Shown here in pieces: positions 55,944 through 64,000 of a DNA stretch of 64,000 nt. Position 1 is the first letter of the stretch; each line of letters opens with the position of its first letter. A program made the translations under genes and the position numbers. The notes under the pieces are model-generated. The model had not been told where the DNA came from and did not search any database. It saw nothing but the letters and a program-made list of their open reading frames with translations. The DNA comes from Clostridiaceae bacterium (GTDB lineage: Bacteria; Bacillota; Clostridia; Saccharofermentanales; UBA5734). The stretch is taken from the NCBI GenBank assembly GCA_012523135.1, contig JAAYJD010000106.1:6328-70327 (forward strand), read 5' to 3'.

Positions 55944-57899
55944 ATGAATCAGGCTTACCTGTTCAACCAGGGGCAGGATTATATGAGTTACACGATGCTC
56001 GGGGCCAAACCGGCAAAATCCCGGGACAGTTCCGCAGGCTACCGGTTTGCTGTCTGGGCGCCCAACGCCGTGTCCGTTTCCGTCGTCGGCTCCTTCAACA
56101 ACTGGGACAGCCAGGTGTCGCCGCTGGAGCTGCTCGGCCAGACCGGCATCTGGACCGGAACCGTTCCCCAGGCCCGTCAGTGGGACCGCTACAAATACGC
56201 CGTGACGGACCGCCAGGGCAAGACATGCCTCAAGGCCGACCCCTATGCGCGCCACAGCGAGATGCGCCCGGCCAACGCCTCCGTTCTCTACGACCCCGAT
56301 GATTTCGTCTGTGGTGACGCCGATTGGCTGGACAAACGGCCGGATGCCCTGGCAACAGGCCCGCTCAACATCTACGAGGTGCACCTGGGTTCCTGGAAAC
56401 GTCACGAGGACGGTTCGTTTCTCAACTACCGCGACATCGGCCGCGACCTGGCCGACTATGTCGCCGACATGGGCTACACGGCCGTTGAACTGATGCCGGT
56501 CATGGAACATCCGCTCGACGAGTCCTGGGGCTACCAGGTTACCGGTTATTTCAGCGTCACCAGCCGCTACGGCACGCCTGCGGATTTCAAGTTTATGGTG
56601 GACTGCCTGCACCGGCGCGGCATTCGCGTCATCCTGGACTGGGTGCCGGCCCATTTCCCCAAGGACGCGTTCGGCCTGGGCCGCTTCGATGGTACGCCGC
56701 TTTTTGAGTATGCCGACAGCCGCCTGGGCGAACAGCAGGAATGGGGGACCTATGTCTTTGATTTCAGCAAGCTGGAGGTCCGGTCTTTCCTGATCTCCAA
56801 CGCCTGGTTCTGGTTGCAGGAATTTCATATCGACGGCCTGCGCATCGATGCGGTTTCCAGCATGCTGTACCGCAATTACGGCCGCAGCGACTACCTGCCC
56901 AACCAGTATGGCGGCATCGAGAACCTGGAAGCCATTGCCTTTCTGCAGCAGCTGAACGGCCTGATCCGCAGCCACCTGCCGCAGTGCCTGATGATCGCCG
57001 AAGAAGCGACGCCCTGGCCTAATGTGACCAAAGTGGTCGGTGAGCAGGGGCTCGGCTTCACCCATAAATGGAACATGGGCTGGATGCACGATACGCTGGA
57101 CTACCTGAGCCGCGACTACATGTACCGCCGCTGGCACCACAACCAGCTGACGTTTTCCCTGATGTACGCCTTCAGCGAACGGTTCATCCTGCCGTTGTCC
57201 CACGACGAGGTGGTGCACGGCAAGCATTCCCTGATCGAACGCATGCCGGGTGACTACTGGCAGCGCTTTGCCTGCCTCAGGGTCCTTTACCTGTACCAGA
57301 TCGCCCACCCCGGCAGCAAGCTGCTCTTCATGGGCGGTGAGTTCGGCCAGTTCATCGAGTGGCGCTTCTATGAGCAGCTGGAATGGTTTTTGCTCGAATA
57401 CGACAGCCACCGCACCCTCAAGACGTTTGTCAAGGATGCCAACCATTATTACCGCAGCCATCCCGCCCTTTGGGAACAGGATGGTAGCTGGGAAGGGTTC
57501 ACGTGGCTGAACGCCGATGACGCGGCCAACAGTGTCTACAGTTTCTCAAGGCGTTCGGCCGGCGGCCAGCTGCTGCTGGTCCTGCTGAACATGACACCTG
57601 AACCGGTGCCCGGTTATGGCTTGGCCGTGCCGGCCGGCGGCTACCGGATCGAGCTGAACAGCGACCAGGCCGCTTACGGGGGCAGCGATTACCCGGCCGG
57701 CCAGTTGTCCGGCCTCGTGTCCACGGCCCGCGTCGCAGCTTCTGACGACATCGAAGCGACCCTGCGCCGGGAAGCTGGCCAGGTCCAGCCGGATCAGCTT
57801 TTCATCGACCTGCCGCCCTTGTGTGGCCTGGTTCTGCGCCATCTGACCCCGGAAGAAACCATACAAGCGTACAGGAGGAAAATGTATGGCCCGAAGTGA
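55944..57899 (+). CDS. glgB: 1,4-alpha-glucan branching enzyme
   Basis: 'FAVWAPNA', '[13 protein letters not shown]', '[11 protein letters not shown]', 'IAEEAT' and '[10 protein letters not shown]' GH13 regions. Confidence 0.9.
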   Translation: MNQAYLFNQGQDYMSYTMLGAKPAKSRDSSAGYRFAVWAPNAVSVSVVGSFNNWDSQVSPLELLGQTGIWTGTVPQARQWDRYKYAVTDRQGKTCLKADPYARHSEMRPANASVLYDPDDFVCGDADWLDKRPDALATGPLNIYEVHLGSWKRHEDGSFLNYRDIGRDLADYVADMGYTAVELMPVMEHPLDESWGYQVTGYFSVTSRYGTPADFKFMVDCLHRRGIRVILDWVPAHFPKDAFGLGRFDGTPLFEYADSRLGEQQEWGTYVFDFSKLEVRSFLISNAWFWLQEFHIDGLRIDAVSSMLYRNYGRSDYLPNQYGGIENLEAIAFLQQLNGLIRSHLPQCLMIAEEATPWPNVTKVVGEQGLGFTHKWNMGWMHDTLDYLSRDYMYRRWHHNQLTFSLMYAFSERFILPLSHDEVVHGKHSLIERMPGDYWQRFACLRVLYLYQIAHPGSKLLFMGGEFGQFIEWRFYEQLEWFLLEYDSHRTLKTFVKDANHYYRSHPALWEQDGSWEGFTWLNADDAANSVYSFSRRSAGGQLLLVLLNMTPEPVPGYGLAVPAGGYRIELNSDQAAYGGSDYPAGQLSGLVSTARVAASDDIEATLRREAGQVQPDQLFIDLPPLCGLVLRHLTPEETIQAYRRKMYGPK

Positions 57900-59133
57900 A
57901 ATTGTCGCCCTGATCCTGGCCGGCGGCCAGGGTTCCCGGCTAGGTGTCCTGACCAAGTACCTGGCCAAGCCAGCCGTGCCTTTCGGCAGCCGGTACCGGA
58001 TCATCGACTTTGCCCTGAGCAACTGCGCCAATTCGGGACTCGAGACCGTCGGTGTCCTGACCCAGTACCAGCCCCTGGCGCTCAACACCTACATCGGCAA
58101 CGGCCATCCCTGGGACCTGGACCGCAACAAGGGCGGGACCTACATCCTGCCGCCCTACCAGAGCAGCGAGCGAAGCGACTGGTACAAGGGAACGGCCAAT
58201 GCGATTTTCCAGAATGTCGAATTCATTGAGGACCAGGACCCGCGCTATGTCCTGATCCTGTCGGGCGACCATATTTACAAGATGGATTATGCCGGCATGC
58301 TGAAAACACATATCGAGCAGAAAGCCGACGCGACCATCGCGGTCTTTGAAGTGCCCTGGGAGGAAGCTTCCCGGTTTGGTATCATGAACACCGACAAGCA
58401 GGGCCGCATCGTCGAATTCGAAGAAAAGCCGGAGAAACCGCGCAGCAACCTGGCCTCGATGGGCATTTACATTTTCAACTGGCCGGTCCTGCGTGCCGAG
58501 CTGAGCTGCGACGAGGAGGATGCCCACTCCGACCACGATTTCGGCAAGAACATCATCCCCAAGATGCTGTCGGCCGACATGCGCCTGATCGCCTACCACT
58601 TTACCGGCTACTGGAAAGATGTCGGGACGATCGGCAGCCTCTGGGAAGCCAACATGGACTTGCTGGACCGGCCGGAGGCGATCAACCTCAGGGACCGGAA
58701 CTGGCGCATTTACAGCCGCAACCCCGTCAAGCCGGCCCATTACATCGCCGACAGCGCCCGGGTTGTCAACAGCGCCATGACGGACGGCTGCAACGTCAGC
58801 GGCCAGGTGGAGCACTCGGTCCTGTTCAACAGCGTGACGGTTGAAAAAGGCGCCGTGGTGCGCGACTCGATCCTGATGCCGGGGGTCCGGGTCGAAGCCG
58901 GCGCCCGCCTCAACAAATGCATCGTCAGCTTTGGCACCATCATCGGCAAGAACGTCAAGGCCGGCGCGGACGTCGAAGGCGAGTGCCGTTACAGCAACAC
59001 GCGATTTTGCCAGGATGGAATCACGGTTTTCGAACGCGGCCTCAAAATCCGCGACGGCGCCGTGGTGCCGGGTAACTGCATGGTTGAATTCCTGGAGCCC
59101 GACACGATCGTCGAAGCCCATTTTCGCGTATAA
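57886..59133 (+). CDS. glgC: Glucose-1-phosphate adenylyltransferase
   Basis: '[13 protein letters not shown]' and '[18 protein letters not shown]', plus a left-handed beta-helix C-terminus. RBS AGGAGGAAAA. Confidence 0.9.
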   Translation: MARSEIVALILAGGQGSRLGVLTKYLAKPAVPFGSRYRIIDFALSNCANSGLETVGVLTQYQPLALNTYIGNGHPWDLDRNKGGTYILPPYQSSERSDWYKGTANAIFQNVEFIEDQDPRYVLILSGDHIYKMDYAGMLKTHIEQKADATIAVFEVPWEEASRFGIMNTDKQGRIVEFEEKPEKPRSNLASMGIYIFNWPVLRAELSCDEEDAHSDHDFGKNIIPKMLSADMRLIAYHFTGYWKDVGTIGSLWEANMDLLDRPEAINLRDRNWRIYSRNPVKPAHYIADSARVVNSAMTDGCNVSGQVEHSVLFNSVTVEKGAVVRDSILMPGVRVEAGARLNKCIVSFGTIIGKNVKAGADVEGECRYSNTRFCQDGITVFERGLKIRDGAVVPGNCMVEFLEPDTIVEAHFRV

Positions 59134-59147
59134 GGAGGGGTAGCTCA

Positions 59148-60257
59148 ATGTTCATCAACGCCATGGGCCTGATCCTGGCCGATCACAAACGCATCCAGCT
59201 GGGCGAGCTGTCCCGCCCCCGCGCGCTGGCGGCCATTCCCTTTGCCGGCCGCTATCGCATCATCGACTTCATGCTGTCCAACATGGTCAATTCCGGCATC
59301 ACCTGCGTCGGTGTCCTCGCCCAGCAAAAATACAAGTCCCTGATGGACCATCTCGGCACCGGCAGTTCCTGGGACCTGGACCGTAAAAAACAGGGCCTGA
59401 GCCTGCTGCCGCCCTACATCAACTCCCTGAACCTGGACAGCAGTGACAACGATAACCTGTCCGGCCTTTTGGATTTTATTCGCGCCAACCGCTTTCGGAA
59501 TGTCGTGATCGCCAACAGCAATGTCATCTTCAACGCCACCCTGAACGACTACGTCAGCCGCCACGAAGATAGCGGCGCAGACATCAGCGTGCTGTTCAAC
59601 CGGGACGGGTTCAAGTCCGGACCGCCGGCGATCATGCTGGGCATGGACCGCAAAGGATCGATCAAGGATGTCATGATCAACCCGCACAAACCGGTCTCCA
59701 ACCGCCGTTCCGCAGGGGTGGTCATCCTGTCGCGTGAGATTCTGATCGACCTGCTTAACGACAACGCCGCCCGCGGCGACAGCGATTTTTCCGTGGAGAG
59801 CCTGCTCAGGCGCTACATGGAGCTGCGCATCTGCGGAATCGAATACAAAGGCACGCTGCTGCGGATCAACGATATCCCGACTTATTTTTCCAGCACGATG
59901 AGCCTGCTGGAGGAGAAGACGCGCCGCGAACTCTTCTGGGCCGGCCTGCCGGTTTACACCAAGGTCAAGGACGAGGCGCCGGCCCTGTACGGACCGCTCA
60001 ACCAGGTCAGCAACAGCTTTATCTCCGACGGCTGCGTGATCAACGGATCGCTGGCCGATTCCATGGTTTTCCGAGGCGTGACGATATCGGCGCACGCCAA
60101 GGTCAGCAACAGCATCATCATGCAGGACGTATACATATCCGAAGGGGTCGAGCTCGACCATGTCATCCTGGACAAGAACTGCGTGATCAGGCCGGGGATC
60201 AAGCTGGTTGGACAGAAAGACTTCCCGGTCGTCATCGGGAAGGGAGCGATCGTCTGA
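59148..60257 (+). CDS. glgD: Glucose-1-phosphate adenylyltransferase regulatory-type subunit GlgD
   Basis: GlgC paralog lacking the GGxGxRL loop ('LILADHKRIQLGELS'), with 'IPFAGRYRIIDFMLSN'. Follows glgC as in Bacillota glg operons. Confidence 0.85.
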   Translation: MFINAMGLILADHKRIQLGELSRPRALAAIPFAGRYRIIDFMLSNMVNSGITCVGVLAQQKYKSLMDHLGTGSSWDLDRKKQGLSLLPPYINSLNLDSSDNDNLSGLLDFIRANRFRNVVIANSNVIFNATLNDYVSRHEDSGADISVLFNRDGFKSGPPAIMLGMDRKGSIKDVMINPHKPVSNRRSAGVVILSREILIDLLNDNAARGDSDFSVESLLRRYMELRICGIEYKGTLLRINDIPTYFSSTMSLLEEKTRRELFWAGLPVYTKVKDEAPALYGPLNQVSNSFISDGCVINGSLADSMVFRGVTISAHAKVSNSIIMQDVYISEGVELDHVILDKNCVIRPGIKLVGQKDFPVVIGKGAIV

Positions 60258-61744
60258 TGCCGTTGAAAATTCTTTTTGTTACATCCGAGCTGGCACCGCT
60301 GGCCCAAACGGGGGGGCTGGGCGATGTGACAGGCGCCTTGCCGCCCGTACTGCGCCGCCTGGGACTCGATGTGCGCATCGTGATGCCGCTGTACAAACCG
60401 GTTCGCGCCCAGTACGGCAGCCAGATGCAGTTCCTCGGCTGGCACATGATCCGCATGGGCTGGCGCACCTTGTACTGCGGAATCCTGAAGCTGGATCTGG
60501 CCGGTCAGATCATCTACTTTGTCGACAACGAGGCTTATTTCAATCACGACCAGATCTATCTGGATTACGCTTATGACATCGAACGCTTCAGCTTTTTCCA
60601 GCGTGCGGTGCTGGAAAGCCTGGAGCAGCCGTTCGATTTCATGCCGGATATTCTCCACCTGCACGACTGGCAGACCGGTATGATGCCCTGTTTGCTCGAA
60701 GCGCACCACCGGCCGTACGGCCGTCTGACCGGCCTCAAGACCGTTTTCACGATCCACAACCTGAAATACCAGGGGATTCATGGCCGGGAACGGATCGCCG
60801 ATCTGCTGGACCTGCCGGAGCGCTTCCTGACCGACGACGCCATCCTGCGCGACGGCGTACCCAATTTCATGAAAGCCGGTATCGTCTTTGCCGACCGCAT
60901 CACGACGGTGTCGCCAAGCTATGCCGAGGAGATCAAGCTCGACTATTACGGGGAAGGGCTGCACGACCTGCTGAAGCGCCAGGCGCACAAACTGACCGGC
61001 TTGCTGAACGGCATCGACACCGATGACTACAACCCGGCGACGGATCCCGTGATCAAGCGAAACTACAGCGCGGACGATTACCAGGACGGCAAGGCGGCCT
61101 GCAAGGCGGCTCTGCAGCATGAGCTGGGCCTCAAGGCAGCGCCCAATCTGCCCCTGGTGGTCATGGTCACCCGATTGGTCGACCAGAAAGGCCTCGATCT
61201 GCTCTTGCATGTGCTGGACGAACTGCTGGACGAAAGCCTGCAGCTGGCTGTCCTGGGCACCGGTCAGCCTGCCTACGAACAGGCTTTGATGGCAGCCGCC
61301 AAACGCCAGCCGGACTACATGGCCGCCTGCCTGACCTTTGACACGGGCCTGGCCCGCCGTTTCTACGCAGGTGCCGACTTGTTCTTGATGCCGTCCCTGT
61401 TCGAACCCTGCGGCTTGGCCCAGATGATCGCCATGCGTTACGGCACCATCCCGATTGTCCGCGAAACCGGCGGGCTGCGCGACACCGTGGAGCCGTACAA
61501 CCAGTACACGGGCACCGGCAGCGGGTTCTCGTTTCGCAACATCAACGCCCATGAGCTGCTGTTTGTCACCCGGTATGCCTGCGATGTCATGCGCCATATG
61601 CCGGAGGCCTGGCAAGCCCTCGTCCGGACCGCCATGCGCCGGGATTTCTCATGGGACCGGACGGCAGACGCGTACAGCCGCCTGTACCAGGATCTGGCCC
61701 AGGCCGGGCCTGACCTGCGGAGGCCGCATGCACCTGATTCATAA
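60257..61744 (+). CDS. glgA: Glycogen synthase (ADP-glucose type)
   Basis: 'KILFVTSELAPLAQTGGLGDV' and a GT5 architecture. ATG overlaps the glgD stop. Confidence 0.9.
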   Translation: MPLKILFVTSELAPLAQTGGLGDVTGALPPVLRRLGLDVRIVMPLYKPVRAQYGSQMQFLGWHMIRMGWRTLYCGILKLDLAGQIIYFVDNEAYFNHDQIYLDYAYDIERFSFFQRAVLESLEQPFDFMPDILHLHDWQTGMMPCLLEAHHRPYGRLTGLKTVFTIHNLKYQGIHGRERIADLLDLPERFLTDDAILRDGVPNFMKAGIVFADRITTVSPSYAEEIKLDYYGEGLHDLLKRQAHKLTGLLNGIDTDDYNPATDPVIKRNYSADDYQDGKAACKAALQHELGLKAAPNLPLVVMVTRLVDQKGLDLLLHVLDELLDESLQLAVLGTGQPAYEQALMAAAKRQPDYMAACLTFDTGLARRFYAGADLFLMPSLFEPCGLAQMIAMRYGTIPIVRETGGLRDTVEPYNQYTGTGSGFSFRNINAHELLFVTRYACDVMRHMPEAWQALVRTAMRRDFSWDRTADAYSRLYQDLAQAGPDLRRPHAPDS

Positions 61745-63704
61745 GAGCCGCCGCAGCCGCTACCGGCAGCCTTGCGGGGCGGTGCCGGCAGGAACCTCCG
61801 TACTGATCTGCCTGGACATTCTGCCTGAGGGCGAAGTCATTCAGCGGGTGAGCCTGGTCTACGCCTACGGCCTTGACACGTTCGCGGCCAGTCGCTGTCG
61901 CCTGGTTTTGCAGCCCCCGGACGGACCTGGCATCCTTTACGGGACATCCATCCGCATGCCCCTGGATGTCGGACTGTTTTTCTACTGGTTCGAAGTCGAA
62001 AGCGACCGGGGTAAAACCACTTACACCTGCAACCGTGAGGACCTGGCCGGCGAAGGCCTGTCCGGGTCGGCCAAGCCGCGCTATTTGCCGGGGGAACCGC
62101 ACAGTCCGGCTGCCTGGCAGATCACGGTCTACGATCCGGCGTATGCGGTGCCGGACTGGCTGGGCGGCGCCGTCATCTACCAGATCTTTCCGGACCGCTT
62201 CAACCGCGACCAGACCTTTTCCGAGGAACGTTTCCGGGCCCATGCACTGCCGGAGCGGCTCTACCATCTCGACTGGTCTGAGGAAGTCGATATCGCGGGC
62301 AAACCGGAAACGGGCTATCTGGCCTGTGATTTCTATGGCGGTTCGCTGGAAGGCATCCGGGAGAAGCTCAGCTATATCGCCGGTCTCGGCGTGACGGTCC
62401 TCTACCTGAACCCCATTTTCAAGGCGCGGTCCAACCACCGCTACGATACGGGCGACTACGAGAGCATCGACCCCCTGCTGGGCAGCGAAGAGGATTTCAT
62501 CGCGCTCTGCCGTGAGGCGCGCGAGCGGGGCATACGCGTTCTGCTCGACGGCGTCTTCAGCCATACGGGCGCCGACAGCCGTTATTTCAACAAGTACGGC
62601 CGCTACCCGGAAACCGGCGCCTGGCAGGAAGCGACCGGCGGCGGCGTGTCCCCTTACGGCAGCTGGTATGGGTTCCATCGCCAGGGCGACCAGCTGTTCT
62701 ACGATTCCTGGTGGGGCTTTCCCGATTTGCCCAGTGTCAACGAGCACGACCTGACTTACCGGGAATACATCACCGGCCCCGACGGCATTGCCCGCCGCTG
62801 GCTGCGCCTGGGCGCTTCCGGCTGGCGCCTGGACGTATCCGACGAACTTCCGGACAGTTTCCTTCGGGAACTGCGCCAGGCCGCCCGGGCCGAAAAGGCC
62901 GACGCCGTCCTGCTGGGCGAAGTCTGGGAGGATGCCAGCAACAAGATCAGCTACAGCAGCTACCGCGATTTTCTTTTCGGCCGCACCCATGACCACGTGA
63001 TGGGCTACCCGTTCCAGCAGGCCCTGATCGGCTGGCTGTCCGGCCAGTTTGCGGCCGAGCGGATGCACCATCTGCTGGAGACGCTGCGCGAGCATTATCC
63101 GCCCGCCGCCCTGGCCGCTTCGTTCAACCTGATCAGCAGCCACGACACGATGCGCGCCCTGACCGCCCTGGCCGGACCGCCGGATCCCGGCAGCCGGGAG
63201 ATCCAGGCGCAGGTGTTCCTGACCCCGGAACAGCGCATTCATGGCGAAGCCTTGCTGCGCCTGGCTGTCTTGTTCCAGATGACCAGTCCGGGCTGTCCCG
63301 TGATCTACTACGGCGACGAAACGGCGATGGAAGGGTATCGCGACCCGTTCAACCGGCGCACCTTTCCCTGGGGACAGGAAAACCAGGCGATGCAGGCCTG
63401 GTTCGCCGCCCTGGGTCGTTTGCGCCAGACCTGGGCGGTGCTGCGGCGCGGGGACTGGGTGATCCGGCACGCGAGCGGCGACTGCGTGGTCATGAGCCGC
63501 AGCCTCGGGGACGACGTTGTCAAAGCCGGCGGTCCCCGTCGCATCCTGGTTGCGATCAACCGCAGCCGCGAGGCGCACAGCCTCGAGCTGGAAGGCCGCA
63601 AGATCCGCCTGAACCCGACCGGCTGGCTGCTCGAGGCAGACGGCCGGCCGGTGACATTGCCTGAAACTGTAAGCGGTGAACCCCAAAAAGAAGAGAGGTA
63701 CTAA
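61728..63704 (+). CDS. Glycoside hydrolase family 13 protein (neopullulanase/alpha-glycosidase-like, with N-terminal E-set/CBM-like domain)
   Basis: GH13 regions I-IV: 'LLDGVFSHTG', 'GWRLDVSDEL', 'LLGEVWED' and 'LISSHDTMR'. ATG 61728 follows GGAGG. Track start 61455 lies inside glgA. Confidence 0.85.
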   Translation: MHLIHKSRRSRYRQPCGAVPAGTSVLICLDILPEGEVIQRVSLVYAYGLDTFAASRCRLVLQPPDGPGILYGTSIRMPLDVGLFFYWFEVESDRGKTTYTCNREDLAGEGLSGSAKPRYLPGEPHSPAAWQITVYDPAYAVPDWLGGAVIYQIFPDRFNRDQTFSEERFRAHALPERLYHLDWSEEVDIAGKPETGYLACDFYGGSLEGIREKLSYIAGLGVTVLYLNPIFKARSNHRYDTGDYESIDPLLGSEEDFIALCREARERGIRVLLDGVFSHTGADSRYFNKYGRYPETGAWQEATGGGVSPYGSWYGFHRQGDQLFYDSWWGFPDLPSVNEHDLTYREYITGPDGIARRWLRLGASGWRLDVSDELPDSFLRELRQAARAEKADAVLLGEVWEDASNKISYSSYRDFLFGRTHDHVMGYPFQQALIGWLSGQFAAERMHHLLETLREHYPPAALAASFNLISSHDTMRALTALAGPPDPGSREIQAQVFLTPEQRIHGEALLRLAVLFQMTSPGCPVIYYGDETAMEGYRDPFNRRTFPWGQENQAMQAWFAALGRLRQTWAVLRRGDWVIRHASGDCVVMSRSLGDDVVKAGGPRRILVAINRSREAHSLELEGRKIRLNPTGWLLEADGRPVTLPETVSGEPQKEERY

Positions 63705-63706
63705 AG

Positions 63707-64000
63707 ATGTCCCAACCCATTTTATACGCCCCCATGGCCTATGCCCGTTACGAAGCCAGCCAGACGCTGCCGGAGAAATTCACGCGCCTGCTCAAGCGCA
63801 GCGGCCTGGCTGACCGCGTCAAGGGCAAGCACGTCGCGATCAAGATGCACGTCGGTTCCGGCGTCTCCTATTCGACGATCCCGCCGGTCTTTGTCCGCAA
63901 GCTGGTCGATTTTGTCCAGAGCCACGGCGGCAAGCCCTTTATCACGGATCACTATGTCGCCGGGCGTCACCCGGAACAGCGCGGCTACACCGAGCATAAC
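63707..64000 (+). CDS. Hypothetical protein, N-terminal part (DUF362-like appearance); 3' end outside window
   Basis: Not in the ORF track because there is no stop in the window. ATG 63707 lies 8 nt after AGAGAGG and the frame stays open to base 64000 (MSQPILYAPMAYARYEASQTLPEKF...VAIKMHVGSG...GGKPFITD). The family call comes from memory of the 'V.IK.n.g' pattern only. Confidence 0.45.
   Translation, partial: MSQPILYAPMAYARYEASQTLPEKFTRLLKRSGLADRVKGKHVAIKMHVGSGVSYSTIPPVFVRKLVDFVQSHGGKPFITDHYVAGRHPEQRGYTEHN

Noticed and set aside
1-64000. Search for mobile elements, prophage or defence islands, CRISPR arrays, toxin-antitoxin pairs, tRNA/rRNA genes and riboswitches.
   Set aside because: No transposase, integrase, recombinase, Cas or restriction-type motifs were seen in any frame. 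There are no repeat-spacer arrays and no cloverleaf-capable or rRNA-like non-coding stretches. Intergenic gaps are all 230 bp or shorter and are explained by promoters and terminators. Gene content is core housekeeping throughout.

Overview
This is a 64-kb stretch of a visibly GC-rich chromosome with Bacillota/Clostridia-style gene order, Shine-Dalgarno sites (GGAGG) and TGnTATAAT promoters. It is almost entirely housekeeping DNA. I call 54 CDS, 49 on the + strand and 5 on the - strand, many of them translationally coupled through ATGA/GTGA overlaps. In order they are: nrnA (partial), truB, and a ribF ORF fused to an M16 peptidase-like domain plus its HxxEH partner. Then lgt and a SEDS protein, followed by a dcw cluster (mraZ-rsmH-ftsL-bPBP-murE-murF-mraY-ftsW-murG-ftsQ-sbp-ftsZ). 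Next come nrdR, an OmpR/HK two-component pair with an HtrA-like PDZ protein, then nth-recG-rsmD-coaD. After these are ilvE (-), uvrB, a flavin-reductase-like gene (-), a GNAT, phosphoglucomutase, dnaE, pfkA, pgsA and mutS2. An ABC-2 exporter pair, a large GH20-like protein and nagB follow. A minus-strand operon oadG-oadB-apgM is next, then a P-loop NTPase plus korDABC-type 2-oxoacid:ferredoxin oxidoreductase. The window ends with glgB-glgC-glgD-glgA, a GH13 enzyme and the start of a DUF362-like gene. I see no rRNA, tRNA, CRISPR array, transposase, integrase, phage or defence-type genes, and no compositional island apart from short AT-rich promoter gaps. I therefore regard the window as ordinary core genome and did not find a convincing novel multi-gene system. 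The points most worth a second look are a RibF::M16 in-frame fusion and an HtrA-like protein with all three catalytic-triad positions substituted, sitting behind a two-component system. A third is an oadG-oadB membrane module with no alpha subunit nearby, coupled to an apgM-type gene. The others are an uncharacterised P-loop NTPase upstream of kor and a cytoplasmic 830-aa GH20-like protein. All functional calls come from reading motifs by eye; no database search was run.
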